The translations under genes were made by a program, and so were the position numbers. A stretch of 64,000 bases of DNA from Escherichia coli (GTDB taxonomy: Bacteria > Pseudomonadota > Gammaproteobacteria > Enterobacterales > Enterobacteriaceae): NCBI RefSeq assembly GCF_003790525.1, contig NZ_CP033635.1; one strand, written 5' to 3'. The notes below the pieces were generated by a model, which did not search any database, was not told the DNA's origin, and saw only the letters and a program-made list of their open reading frames with translations. Of this stretch, positions 53,584 through 64,000 are shown one piece after another. Numbering within the stretch: position 1 is the first letter of the stretch; each line of letters opens with the position of its first letter.

Positions 53584-54653
53584 GCCAGATCCTCATTGTT
53601 AAATGTCGGGTCGTTCGCCTGCGGAGCGTCGCTCACTTCGGCAACCAACGTATCGTTGGCGACTGGCGCAGGCGGAATAACGATCGACTCCGGCGTCACC
53701 ACCGGCACCAGATGGCGGCTCAGCGGCGCTTTTTCAGTCAATAATTTACCGACCGTTGCCAGAAAATAACGCCCACATAAACGCCCAAGTTTATAGTCTT
53801 CACGCAGCGCCGGAATCCGACTGCCGAGCGCAATACTATGCAATGGCTTCGGCGGATAAATTTCGAATATCCGCAGCTGGCCCGGTGGTTTCTCAATAAA
53901 TTGCTGAATCTCACGATAGCTGGTTTCATGATGCTGCACCAGATTGACCAGCGGCTGCAGGCTACTGTCACCCAGCCAGCGTTCCATGCGTTTGAACCAC
54001 TGCGGCGTGTAGTACATTTGTGACGGCACAGTGCGGATGACGACCAACGTTTTTGCTCCCTGCCTTGCCGCCTCTTTAACCGGGATCGCATCACTGATCC
54101 CGCCATCCAGGTAGTTAATGCCTTCCAGCGACACTCCGCTACGATAAAAGCCAGGTATCGCACTGGAGGCGCGAATCACATCCAGCCAGTTTTGTTTGGT
54201 TGGTAAAAAGTAATTCGGCGCGTAGTCATCCTGACGACAGGCGCACATATAAAACGATTTGCCGCTGTCAAACAACCGCGCGGCGGTATCCATTTGCAAC
54301 GGCATCTGGCTTGCGGTGGCCTCCACCAGCCAGTCGAGATCGATAAGATTTCCTCCACGGACAAAGCGCAATGGATCGAAAAATTCGCGTTTTGTGGTAT
54401 AGCGCATGATGACTTTGCGCGCGTAACCGGGCTGATTACAGATATACGCCGAGAGGTTCTGCGCCCCGGCAGATGTGCCGAGATAAAGATCGAAAGGATT
54501 AAACTGCGCGCGCATAAACTCATCCAGCACGCCAGCCGTGAAAATTCCACGCTGTCCGCCGCCTTCGCACACCAGAGCAATCCGTCCAGGCTGGAACGGC
54601 CTTAGCGACAACGGCGCAATATTACCAAGCGTTACAGGTATTCGCTGCCCCAC
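53580..54653 (-). CDS. yjjU: Patatin-like phospholipase YjjU
   Basis: Likely GTG start at 54653 (VGQRIPVTLGNIAPLSLRPFQPGRIALVCEGGGQRGIFTAG...); patatin GGGxRG and GTSAG motifs; 357 aa. Confidence 0.88.
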   Translation of the reverse strand: MGQRIPVTLGNIAPLSLRPFQPGRIALVCEGGGQRGIFTAGVLDEFMRAQFNPFDLYLGTSAGAQNLSAYICNQPGYARKVIMRYTTKREFFDPLRFVRGGNLIDLDWLVEATASQMPLQMDTAARLFDSGKSFYMCACRQDDYAPNYFLPTKQNWLDVIRASSAIPGFYRSGVSLEGINYLDGGISDAIPVKEAARQGAKTLVVIRTVPSQMYYTPQWFKRMERWLGDSSLQPLVNLVQHHETSYREIQQFIEKPPGQLRIFEIYPPKPLHSIALGSRIPALREDYKLGRLCGRYFLATVGKLLTEKAPLSRHLVPVVTPESIVIPPAPVANDTLVAEVSDAPQANDPTFNNEDLA

Positions 54654-54774
54654 CTCTGCCTTCCTGTTTTTGTTGTGAAAGAATGACAAAGTAACGCAAT
54701 TTATTATTCGCTAAAACCGCAAAAGCCAGTCCGCTGGACTGGCTTTGGATAAAATTTTCTTAATGGTCTGAAAT

Positions 54775-54936
54775 CTAGGGTCGTTTTCGGCCCATGAACA
54801 AACTCACCAGGAACAGAATAATCCCGACGACAAAGACAATTTTAGCTGCGCCTGCAGCAGTACCGGCCAGACCACCAAACCCAAGTGCGGCGGCGATTAA
54901 CGCGATAACCAGAAATATGATGCCCCAACGAAACAT
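54775..54936 (-). CDS. ytjA: Small membrane protein YtjA (UPF0391), 53 aa
   Basis: Translation [53 protein letters not shown]. Confidence 0.7.
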
Positions 54937-55062
54937 AAGCGTCTCCTTTACCATAGTTAATGTCACCGCTTGATATGAGCGTGAAAATCACTCAATGCGA
55001 TATTTTTAGTGTGGCGCACATCGCGCCTCCCGACAAAGTTCGGGAGATCGAATTACGACGAA

Positions 55063-55668
55063 TTACTTAGTTTTCAGATCATTTTTAACGCTTTTCACAC
55101 CATCTACCGCTTTGGCGATACTTTCAGCACGGTCGCTCTGTGCCTGAGAATCTACGGTACCGGAGAGCTGGACCACGCCATCGGTGGTTTCAACTTTCAC
55201 ATGACGGGAAGGGACGATATCGTCCGCCAGCAGTTTGGCTTTGATTTCACTGGTGGTGGCGGTGTCACCCGCGTAGCCTTTCACAGAACTTTCTTTAGCG
55301 TCGCGAACGTGCAGTTTGTCGCTGACAGAGGTCACGCCTTCAACGCCTTTCGCCACTTTCACTGCCTCTTCGGCCTGGGCCTGGCTTTCAACGAAACCGC
55401 TCAGGGTCACGACTTTTTGATCGGTTTTGACAGAGATATCGGTGCTCTTGATGTTGTCATGATCCACCAGGGCCGCCTTCACTTTCGCGGTGATGGCGCT
55501 GTCATCCATGAAATTACCGACTTTATTCATAGAGCTATCGACTTTTTGCCCTGCGCTTTCATTGGTAGTCTGCGCGTTGTTTTCCGCGTAGGCAGAGCCG
55601 GTCGCGACGGCAGAGGTCAACATTACAGCCAGCAAAGTTTTCGAAATCTTCAGTCTTGTCATAGTCAT
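55063..55668 (-). CDS. osmY: Osmotically inducible periplasmic protein OsmY
   Basis: Translation from [70 protein letters not shown]...; 201 aa, two BON domains. Confidence 0.93.
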   Translation of the reverse strand: MTMTRLKISKTLLAVMLTSAVATGSAYAENNAQTTNESAGQKVDSSMNKVGNFMDDSAITAKVKAALVDHDNIKSTDISVKTDQKVVTLSGFVESQAQAEEAVKVAKGVEGVTSVSDKLHVRDAKESSVKGYAGDTATTSEIKAKLLADDIVPSRHVKVETTDGVVQLSGTVDSQAQSDRAESIAKAVDGVKSVKNDLKTK

Positions 55669-56060
55669 CGATTTATTCCTGTATGTTTGCTCGTAATTTG
55701 AGCCTGGCAACACGAGGTTGCATTGCTGAATAGGGAGAGACTTCACCCTCTACAAAAGTCAATGGCCGCCATCACAAAAGCGATGGGTGATGAATAACGA
55801 CCATTACAGCCTCTGAATCAGTTATTAATATCGGTAGAATGACAATCGACGGCTTTAGATACTGATATCTACGCATTGAACGGTATTTAACGCCGTCAGA
55901 AATGTCATTACTTTGTTAAATATAGATCACAATTTTGAAACCGCTCGGGATATCAGCGAAAACATAAGCAAAAGTGAATGTTTTAAGAACATTCCGTAAG
56001 CGGCTAATAAGGAAGGAAAATTGACAGGGCGCAGCGGCTACCGCGCCCTGGAGGCAAGAA

Positions 56061-57650
56061 TTAATGCTCGCGGGTCTGGTGGAACTGAACGTCCGGATAA
56101 CGTTCCTGCGCCAGGCGCAGGTTGACCATGCTGGTAGCGATGTAAGCGAGGTTATCGCCGCCATCAAGCGCCAGTTGGCTTTCGTTCTTACGCTTGAACT
56201 CTTCGAATTTCTTCGCGTCCGCACATTCTACCCAGCGGGCAGTGGCAACGTTGACTGACTCATACACTGCTTCAACGTTGTATTCGCTCTTCAGGCGCGC
56301 TACCACCACATCAAACTGCAGCACACCAACTGCACCAACGATCAGGTCGTTGTTGGAGATCGGACGGAACACCTGCACCGCGCCCTCTTCGGAAAGCTGT
56401 ACCAGCCCTTTGAGCAGCTGTTTTTGCTTCAGCGGATCTTTCAGGCGGATACGACGGAACAGTTCTGGCGCGAAGTTCGGAATACCGGTGAACTTCATCA
56501 TCTCACCCTGGGTAAAGGTGTCGCCGATCTGAATGGTGCCGTGGTTGTGCAGACCAAGGATATCGCCAGGATACGCTTCTTCAACGTGCGAACGGTCACC
56601 CGCCATAAAGGTCAGCGCGTCGGAGATCACCACATCTTTCGCAGTACGCACCTGGCGCAGCTTCATGCCTTTTTCATATTTACCGGACACCACACGCATA
56701 AACGCCACGCGGTCGCGGTGTTTCGGGTCCATGTTGGCCTGAATTTTAAATACGAAGCCGGTAAATTTATCTTCGCTCGCCTCTACGGTACGGGTATCAG
56801 TCTGACGCGGCATCGGCGCTGGGGCCCACTCCACCAGGCCATCCAGCATATGATCAACGCCGAAGTTACCCAGCGCAGTACCAAAGAACACTGGAGTAAT
56901 TTCGCCCGCAAGGAACAATTCTTTGTCGAACTCGTTAGACGCGCCTTTCACCAGTTCCAGTTCGTCACGCAGTTGCTGTGCCAGATCTTCACCAACCGCA
57001 GCGTCGAGATCCGGGTTATTCAGCCCTTTAACAATGCGGACTTCCTGAATGGTGTGGCCTTTACCGCTCTGATAGAGATAGGTTTCATCTTTATAAAGGT
57101 GGTAAACGCCTTTAAACAGCTTGCCGCAGCCAATCGGCCAGGTGATCGGTGCGCAGCCGATTTTCAGCTCGTTCTCAACTTCATCGAGCAGTTCCATCGG
57201 GTCGCGGATATCACGGTCAAGTTTGTTCATAAAGGTGAGGATCGGCGTATCGCGCAGACGGGTAACTTCCATCAGCTTACGGGTACGATCTTCAACACCT
57301 TTTGCAGCGTCGATAACCATCAGGCAGCAGTCCACCGCCGTCAGGGTACGATAGGTATCTTCCGAGAAGTCTTCGTGCCCCGGGGTGTCGAGCAGGTTAA
57401 CCAGGCAATCGTGATACGGAAACTGCATCACAGAAGTAGTAATGGAGATCCCACGCTGCTTTTCCATCTCCATCCAGTCCGACTTAGCGTGCTGGTTGGA
57501 ACCACGGCCTTTTACTGTACCGGCGGTCTGAATGGCCTGTCCGAACAGCAGCACCTTCTCGGTGATGGTAGTTTTACCGGCGTCCGGGTGAGAAATAATG
57601 GCAAAAGTGCGGCGCTTCGCCACCTCTTGCAAATAAGGAGACAACGTCAT
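56061..57650 (-). CDS. prfC: Peptide chain release factor 3 (RF3)
   Basis: Translation from [70 protein letters not shown]...; 529 aa. Confidence 0.96.
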
Positions 57651-57740
57651 AATTCTTTCTTCTTGAGTAAGCGGCATCGCGCCGCGCTTGTTGAAAACGA
57701 AAAATTGCGGCTATTTTACCCATCAACGGGGGGGAGGCAA

Positions 57741-58418
57741 TCAGTGTTTACACAGGAGCTGCTCCAGTTCGTGCAACGAAGAAACGGTCCAGGTGGGCGC
57801 GATGCCTTCTGGTTGCTCGCGATTGTGCGCATTCAGCCAGCAGGTCGCAAGCCCGGCGTTGATGCCACCGAGAATATCGGACTCGGCAGTGTCGCCAACC
57901 ATCAGCACGCGTGAACGGTCAGGATTGCCCGCCTGTTCCAGCGCATAATCGAAAATTTTCTTATTCGGTTTGGCAACGCCAACTTCTTCGGAAATCACCA
58001 GCAAATCGAAATAATCACGCAGGCCCGTGCGTTCCAGACGCACCTGTTGCAAGGCGCTAAAACCGTTGGTGATGATGCCGATTTTGGCATTGCCACGAAT
58101 GGCGTTAAGCAGAGAAACCGCGCCCGGCAACGGCGTACAGATTTCCGCCATCGCATTAATAAAGGCCTCGTTGAGTTTACCTGGCTCGACGTTCAGCCGT
58201 TCGGCCCAGCTCTCAAAACGCCCGTGCTGAAGCTGTAATGAAGTGATCGCGCCGTTTTGATAATCTACCCACAGGGGCTTGTTAACGGCCTGATAGTCCT
58301 GAAAATCTTCAGCGGTAAAAGTGACGCTGTAATCAAGAAACATCCGCTGCAGTCCGGTGAACGAGTCAAAGGTAAACAGCGTTTCATCGGCATCAAAGAA
58401 AATCCAGTCCCACTTCAT
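57741..58418 (-). CDS. yjjG: HAD-family pyrimidine 5'-nucleotidase YjjG
   Basis: 225 aa, [20 protein letters not shown]...; HAD motif FDADETL. Confidence 0.93.
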   Translation of the reverse strand: MKWDWIFFDADETLFTFDSFTGLQRMFLDYSVTFTAEDFQDYQAVNKPLWVDYQNGAITSLQLQHGRFESWAERLNVEPGKLNEAFINAMAEICTPLPGAVSLLNAIRGNAKIGIITNGFSALQQVRLERTGLRDYFDLLVISEEVGVAKPNKKIFDYALEQAGNPDRSRVLMVGDTAESDILGGINAGLATCWLNAHNREQPEGIAPTWTVSSLHELEQLLCKH

Positions 58419-58432
58419 TATTCCACCTTGTC

Positions 58433-58879
58433 TTACATACTGATTGGCAACGCCATGATGATGGCGTCTTCGCGACCGTCCGTGGTGGGGTAGTAATTGC
58501 GGCGAATTGTCGCCTCGTTAAAGCCTAAACTTTCGTACAGGGCAATGGCGGCAGCGTTTGAAGCACGGACTTCCAGCCATAGCGTCGCCACGCCGCGTTT
58601 TTCCAGTTCGTCGATCAGATGTTCCAGCAGCGCCCTTCCCAATCCCTGACGCTGATAGTCAGGATCGACCGCAATATTGAACAATGTAGCTTCATCCAGC
58701 ACCACTTGCGTAATCGCAAACGCCGCCATTTTGCCGTTTTGCGTTAACTGAAAGTTGAGATAACGCTCGCCCTGATTACTGGCAAAGGTTTTTTCACTCC
58801 ACGGAAAGGCGTGGGCGCGTTGTTCAATGTGGTAAGCCGCTGGTAAATCAGTCGTTTCGAGGGAAGAAATCGTGTTCAT
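58433..58879 (-). CDS. rimI: Ribosomal protein S18 alanine N-acetyltransferase RimI
   Basis: 148 aa, [81 protein letters not shown]... Confidence 0.93.
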   Translation of the reverse strand: MNTISSLETTDLPAAYHIEQRAHAFPWSEKTFASNQGERYLNFQLTQNGKMAAFAITQVVLDEATLFNIAVDPDYQRQGLGRALLEHLIDELEKRGVATLWLEVRASNAAAIALYESLGFNEATIRRNYYPTTDGREDAIIMALPISM

Positions 58880-59261
58880 ATGCGCAAATTTGTTGCCATA
58901 ACGCGGCGCGTGCCGTTGGGTTTGCCCGTAATTCGGTGAGCGCCGGTGATGCCACCTGAGCGCCTTCCAGTGATAGCGGTTCGTCAGTACCCAACCGCCA
59001 GCTGTTGCAGCGACTGCCTTGCGGCAGCATCGCGATTTTTTCTGGCGTCAGTTGCAGCACTTGATCGGGGCTGACGGTTAATGCGCGCAGAACATCGCTC
59101 ACTAAAGGATCAGTCAGGGCGGGAAGATCGTTTGCCACCATCACCAGACGGACGTGTGCCGGGATCGCAATGGCAATCTCCCCCTGCAACGCGCCAGGGC
59201 GACGCAGCGACCACTGGGTAATGCCCAGTTGCTGTAACTGCCAGTCTCGTCGGGATGTCAT
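58848..59261 (-). CDS. holD: DNA polymerase III psi subunit HolD
   Basis: 137 aa, MTSRRDWQLQQLGITQWSLRRPGALQGEIAIAIPAHVRLVMVANDLP...; 3' end overlaps the rimI start. Confidence 0.93.
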   Translation of the reverse strand: MTSRRDWQLQQLGITQWSLRRPGALQGEIAIAIPAHVRLVMVANDLPALTDPLVSDVLRALTVSPDQVLQLTPEKIAMLPQGSRCNSWRLGTDEPLSLEGAQVASPALTELRANPTARAALWQQICAYEHDFFPRND

Positions 59262-59363
59262 AGCGAATCGCTCCTGTTGTCAGGGGCGCAAATATAGCAA
59301 ATTCGTCGATACCGCGCCAACATATGGCTATAATCGCCGCCAGTATCAATTGAGGAGCATTCC

Positions 59364-60395
59364 ATGTCTGCATTTACCCCGGCAAGTGAAGTCTTGCTGC
59401 GTCACAGTGATGATTTCGAACAAAGCCGTATTCTGTTTGCCGGAGACTTACAGGATGACCTGCCCGCGCGTTTAGATACCGCGGCCAGCCATGCTCATAC
59501 CCAGCAATTCCACCACTGGCAGGTGTTAAGCCGCCAGATGGGGGATAACGCCCGTTTTAGTCTGGTCGCCACGGCGAATGATGTCGCAGATTGCGATACG
59601 CTGATTTACTACTGGCCGAAGAACAAACCGGAAGCCCAGTTCCAGTTGATGAATTTACTTTCTCTGCTGCCAGTGGGCACGGATATTTTTGTCGTTGGCG
59701 AGAACCGCAGCGGCGTGCGCAGCGCCGAGCAGATGCTTGCAGATTATGCACCGTTGAATAAGGTGGACAGCGCCCGTCGCTGTGGCCTCTATTTTGGTCG
59801 TCTGGAAAAACAGCCGGTATTTGATGCCAATAAATTCTGGGGCGAATATAACGTCGATGGCCTGACGGTCAAAACGCTGCCTGGCGTGTTTAGCCGCGAC
59901 GGTCTGGATGTCGGTAGCCAGTTGCTGCTCTCGACGTTAACCCCGCACACGAAAGGTAAAGTGCTGGATGTCGGCTGTGGCGCGGGCGTACTTTCGGTTG
60001 CCTTTGCGCGCCACTCACCGAAGATTCGTCTCACGTTGTGCGATGTTTCTGCGCCAGCAGTTGAAGCCAGCCGTGCAACACTTGCGGCCAACGGTATTGA
60101 AGGTGAAGTCTTTGCCAGCAACGTCTTTTCTGAGGTGAAAGGTCGTTTTGATATGATCATCTCCAACCCGCCGTTCCACGATGGGATGCAAACCAGCCTC
60201 GATGCGGCGCAAACGCTGATTCGCGGCGCGGTGCGTCATCTTAATAGCGGCGGCGAGCTGCGAATTGTAGCGAACGCCTTCCTGCCTTACCCGGACGTGC
60301 TGGATGAGACATTTGGCTTCCACGAAGTGATCGCGCAAACCGGGCGCTTCAAGGTGTATCGCGCCATTATGACCCGCCAGGCGAAGAAAGGTTGA
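59364..60395 (+). CDS. rsmC: 16S rRNA m2G1207 methyltransferase RsmC
   Basis: 343 aa; SAM-binding [12 protein letters not shown] and NPPFH motifs. Confidence 0.95.
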   Translation: MSAFTPASEVLLRHSDDFEQSRILFAGDLQDDLPARLDTAASHAHTQQFHHWQVLSRQMGDNARFSLVATANDVADCDTLIYYWPKNKPEAQFQLMNLLSLLPVGTDIFVVGENRSGVRSAEQMLADYAPLNKVDSARRCGLYFGRLEKQPVFDANKFWGEYNVDGLTVKTLPGVFSRDGLDVGSQLLLSTLTPHTKGKVLDVGCGAGVLSVAFARHSPKIRLTLCDVSAPAVEASRATLAANGIEGEVFASNVFSEVKGRFDMIISNPPFHDGMQTSLDAAQTLIRGAVRHLNSGGELRIVANAFLPYPDVLDETFGFHEVIAQTGRFKVYRAIMTRQAKKG

Positions 60396-60407
60396 GTATC
60401 CCGCCGC

Positions 60408-60575
<168 letters not shown>

Positions 60576-60695
60576 TTTCCTGATGGACATTTTTCCAGCA
60601 ATTACACCTCCGGCGATAATTAACTATTGACGAAAAGCTGAAAACCACTAGAATGCGCCTCCGTGGTAGCAATTCTTTTTAAGAATTGATGGTAT

Positions 60696-60781
60696 GCGAA
60701 GGTGGCGGAATTGGTAGACGCGCTAGCTTCAGGTGTTAGTGTCCTTACGGACGTGGGGGTTCAAGTCCCCCCCTCGCACCA
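60696..60781 (+). tRNA. leuQ: tRNA-Leu(CAG), copy 1 (leuQ position); 86 nt, one C shorter than copies 2 and 3
   Basis: GCGAAGGTGGCGGAATTGGTAGACGCGCTAGCTTCAGGTGTTAGTGTCCTTACGGACGTGGGGGTTCAAGTCCCCCCCTCGCACCA; 7 C after TCAAGT instead of 8. Confidence 0.85.
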
Positions 60782-60809
60782 AAAACCACGTTGATATTGC
60801 TCGCACTGG

Positions 60810-60896
60810 GCGAAGGTGGCGGAATTGGTAGACGCGCTAGCTTCAGGTGTTAGTGTTCTTACGGACGTGGGGGTTCAAGTCCCCCCCCTCGCACCA
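60810..60896 (+). tRNA. leuP: tRNA-Leu(CAG), copy 2 (leuP position); variable-arm C to T change
   Basis: 87-nt tRNA ending CACCA; GTGTTCTT in the variable arm where copies 1 and 3 have GTGTCCTT. Confidence 0.9.
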
Positions 60897-60930
60897 AACG
60901 AGGCGATATCAAAAAAAGTAAGATGACTGT

Positions 60931-61017
60931 GCGAAGGTGGCGGAATTGGTAGACGCGCTAGCTTCAGGTGTTAGTGTCCTTACGGACGTGGGGGTTCAAG
61001 TCCCCCCCCTCGCACCA
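60931..61017 (+). tRNA. leuV: tRNA-Leu(CAG), copy 3 (leuV position)
   Basis: 87-nt tRNA-Leu sequence with a long variable arm and encoded CCA. Confidence 0.9.
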
Positions 61018-61055
61018 ATTATCTTTACTTCCTTTCTTGTTGCTTCCCTGTTTTA

Positions 61056-61292
61056 TCATCCCTGCTTCAAATTCATTATCATCAGCATGATGCCAGCAAT
61101 AAGCGCCAGGCACGATGGCAGCAAAACGTAATGCCGCAACTGTTTGTGATACAGCATCACCGGCGTCAATACTAATCCCATCAGAATGATAATCCGCCAT
61201 TGATCCGGCGATAAATCCGCATACATCAGCCCTGCAATCAGCAATCCCGGCAGCAACACTCCCCAGCCACTGCCCAGCGTACGTTGCAACAT
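61056..61292 (-). CDS. yjjZ: Small membrane protein YjjZ (78 aa)
   Basis: Translation from MLQRTLGSGWGVLLPGLLIAGLMYADLSPDQWRIIILMGLVLTPVMLYHKQLRHYVLLPSCLALIAGIMLMIMNLKQG. Confidence 0.7.
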   Translation of the reverse strand: MLQRTLGSGWGVLLPGLLIAGLMYADLSPDQWRIIILMGLVLTPVMLYHKQLRHYVLLPSCLALIAGIMLMIMNLKQG

Positions 61293-61392
61293 GGTTTCAT
61301 CTCTTTCATTGATAATGATAACTAATATCATATGATAATTTTTATCATTTGCAAGCCAGAGAAATCCCTTGCTATCGGGTAAACCTATCGCT

Positions 61393-61411
61393 AGGATTAG
61401 CAATCATTATC
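61393..61411. promoter_or_regulatory. Candidate Fur box in the fhuF promoter
   Basis: AGGATTAGCAATCATTATC: 12/19 match to GATAATGATAATCATTATC with the 3' half AATCATTATC exact; about 20 bp upstream of the fhuF ATG. Confidence 0.45.
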
Positions 61412-61432
61412 ATTTAGATTACTATCGCGATT

Positions 61433-62221
61433 ATGGCCTATCGTTCCGCACCGCTCTATGAAGATGTTATCTGGCGAACGCATCTCCAGCCGCAGGATGC
61501 TGGGCTTGCACAAGCCGTACGGGCGACGATCGCCGAACATCGTGAACATTTGCTGGAGTTTATCCGCCTGGATGAACCCGCTCCGCTTAACGCCATGACG
61601 CTGGCGCAATGGTCATCACCGAATGCGCTAAGTTCTCTACTCGCGGTCTATTCCGATCATATCTATCGCAACCAACCTTTGATGATCCGCGAGAACAAAC
61701 CGCTGATCTCACTATGGGCACAATGGTATATCGGCCTGATGGTGCCACCATTAATGTTGGCGCTGCTGACGCAGGAAAAAGCATTAGATGTGTCGCCGGA
61801 ACATTTCCACGTTGAGTTTCACGAAACCGGACGCGCCGCCTGTTTCTGGGTCGATGTGTGTGAAGATAAAAACGCAACACCACATTCGCCGCAGCAGCGA
61901 ATGGAAACGTTAATCAGCCAGGCGCTGGTTCCGGTTGTGCAGGCATTAGAAGCGACGGGAGAGATCAACGGCAAACTTATCTGGAGTAATACCGGTTATT
62001 TGATCAACTGGTATCTCACTGAGATGAAGCAGCTGCTTGGCGAGGCGACGGTTGAATCGCTGCGCCATGCCCTCTTTTTTGAGAAAATGCTCACGAACGG
62101 TGAAGATAATCCACTCTGGCGTACCGTGGTACTGCGCGACGGCCTGCTGGTGCGCCGGACCTGCTGCCAGCGTTATCGCTTACCGGATGTGCAGCAATGT
62201 GGTGACTGTACGCTGAAATAG
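61433..62221 (+). CDS. fhuF: Ferric-siderophore reductase FhuF (2Fe-2S)
   Basis: 262 aa; C-terminal Cys cluster CCQRYRLPDVQQCGDC. Confidence 0.93.
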   Translation: MAYRSAPLYEDVIWRTHLQPQDAGLAQAVRATIAEHREHLLEFIRLDEPAPLNAMTLAQWSSPNALSSLLAVYSDHIYRNQPLMIRENKPLISLWAQWYIGLMVPPLMLALLTQEKALDVSPEHFHVEFHETGRAACFWVDVCEDKNATPHSPQQRMETLISQALVPVVQALEATGEINGKLIWSNTGYLINWYLTEMKQLLGEATVESLRHALFFEKMLTNGEDNPLWRTVVLRDGLLVRRTCCQRYRLPDVQQCGDCTLK

Positions 62222-62259
62222 AAAAATTTGCCGGGGAAGTAAACCCGGCATTAAGCGTA

Positions 62260-62937
62260 TTAATAGGGGTGCAACACGTTACTTGCTTCGCAATGACGCA
62301 TACATAACAGAATGTCTGCGGCCTCCAACAACCCTGCATCAGAACTGACGCCCAGTTTCGACATCACATTAAATTTATGTGCACGGATCGTTTTGATATT
62401 GCGTTTAAGCTGCTCGGCAATTTGTGTCATTGAGTAGCCACGCGACATAAAGCGCAATATTTCTCTCTCCGTCGGGCTTAACGTCCGGCTTTGGTTAATG
62501 TACCACTGATTGTTCAGTCGATCGGTCGCCTGACGTACACCATTTAATGACAAAAAGAGTTCCTGATGAAAAATCTCCAGCGTTGACGCTTTACTTAATA
62601 CACCGTCCAGCGGTGATGGCGACAATGAACCAATCAGCCGAGCTTCAATATCATCATCCGCAATAACTAAACGCCGGGTACGCGGAAACTTAATCGCCAG
62701 TTCAGTCAGGCAGGATAATCCCTCTCTGCGCGCACTTCTCATGGCAGAAAAAGAAAAAATGACCGCCGCAAACGAGATCCGCGACATGGCATCCTGAAAT
62801 GACTCCTGACTGGTATAGGTATGGAGCTTATAAGGGTTACCCGCAAACTTTCTGAATAAACTCTCAATACCGATACTGCTCATGACGCATTTTTCTATGA
62901 GTGCGACATTTCTCTTCTTAATTCGGCTGTGTTCCAT
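62260..62937 (-). CDS. bglJ: LuxR-family transcriptional activator BglJ
   Basis: 225 aa with C-terminal LuxR HTH ([45 protein letters not shown]). Confidence 0.9.
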
Positions 62938-63620
62938 TCTGCGGCATCTCCATAAACAGAAGGCAAGTTAAGTTCTCTTGCACCCTGCGCGCTATTTATC
63001 CATGCATACATTTCAGCGTTGCTGTGAATTGCCAGTCGACGCATCGCACTGTTTTTTTGGGCGCTGATAGTTTTATTACTTTTCTTAAGCAATGAAGCTA
63101 TCTGGTTGATGCCCCATCCTTTACCTAATAGCCGCAGCACTTTGCGCTCTGAAAGAGTGAGAATGACGGAGCGATAGCTAAAATCATGAGTTTCAGTCAT
63201 TGCCGGAGAGGTCAGCATGGCGCTGATACGCTCTGCGTGCGTATTGCCGGAACGTACGGTCTTGACCAGATTCTCAATGGGTTCAACATCAGACAATAAC
63301 GTCGCCGTAGGGCACATAAGCAGTTCTACTGCCTGGGAATACCAGGAGCGTGACACCATGAAAACCCAGTGAATTTCCCGATATTGCGAGATTAAAGAAT
63401 AATAATGTTCACAAACAGAACGTGGATCTTCACTTTCACCGGCTAAATCAGCAATGACTAATCCGGAACGACGTAATTGTAATAAGGTAAGGTCCTCCGC
63501 AGAGGCGCTGGATATTATTTCATATTCAGGGAAGTGAGTCCTCATGACCTCTTTTAACCCTGCTTGCATAACAGGTATTTTACTGATAACAATTCCATTT
63601 TTGCAGCATCCTGGCAACAT
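62895..63620 (-). CDS. yjjQ: LuxR-family regulator YjjQ
   Basis: 241 aa with C-terminal LuxR HTH ([43 protein letters not shown]); 3' end overlaps bglJ by 43 bp. Confidence 0.9.
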
Positions 63621-64000
63621 ATTTCCTCCACATCCACTGTCTAAAAATCATGATGGTTTATTCAGGATATTCATTCCTTAAATGTTTCCAGCAAATTAAT
63701 AGATTAAGCGAATAAATTATCCTTAGCATTCACTTTCATATCAGCATACTCCTGCTGCACAACAACTCCACTGCATGTGTCAGAAGGTTAGCATCAAATG
63801 ATAACCTGGTGAAATAGCCTGGAGACATTTAAAATATCTACATTAAGTTGTTAGAAATACTTAATGAAAAACAGAATTCTCATTCACTTAATTTATAATT
63901 AACTGATATCCCTTCCCGCAGGATGCAAAATCACACAATCAATATTTATTCAATAAAATCTGATAGTTTTAACTTGTTAAAATTAAAAAACGCGCCCAGT

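Noticed and set aside
56424-57914. 496-aa + strand ORF antisense to prfC and the 5' end of yjjG
   Set aside because: Spans two well-supported minus-strand genes and their intergenic region; no start context; antisense artefact.

Overview
This window reads as an Escherichia coli chromosomal segment spanning the conventional origin of genome numbering, in reverse-complement orientation relative to K-12: ribF(5' part)-yaaY-rpsT ... nhaR-nhaA ... hokC-dnaJ-dnaK-yaaI-yaaW-satP-mog-talB-yaaJ-yaaA-yaaX-thrCBA-thrL | yjtD-yjjY-arcA-creDCBA-rob-gpmB-yjjX-trpR-slt-ettA-nadR-radA-serB-ytjB-lplA ... deoDBAC-yjjI-yjjW-yjjV-yjjU-ytjA-osmY-prfC-yjjG-rimI-holD-rsmC-leuQPV-yjjZ-fhuF-bglJ-yjjQ. Gene calls rest on reading the translations in the ORF track and matching them, from memory, to well-known E. 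coli proteins and their lengths; no database search was run. About 56 kb is ordinary core genome. It is not K-12 MG1655: as far as I recall K-12, it carries IS1 between nhaR and rpsT and IS186 between dnaJ and hokC, and neither is present here. Three strain-variable loci stand out: (1) a GPH-family sugar transporter plus GH31 glycoside hydrolase pair between rpsT and nhaR (1.1-4.9 kb); (2) a Tsx-like porin, a Ser-type (SxPxR) sulfatase and an uncharacterised Cys-rich protein with tandem InsA-like zinc ribbons between nhaA and hokC (7.3-11.0 kb); (3) a small XRE-type HTH ORF flanked by short direct repeats where K-12 has yjjJ (45.4-45.9 kb). I found no CRISPR array, prophage, integrase or transposase. 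The best candidate for an undescribed system is the porin-sulfatase-zinc-ribbon cluster, but its function is inference only. Regulatory elements read directly from the sequence include the two dnaK sigma-32 promoters, the thr attenuator, two DeoR operator palindromes exactly 599 bp apart (one inside the yjjI reading frame), the trpR operator, REP/BIME clusters and several intrinsic terminators.
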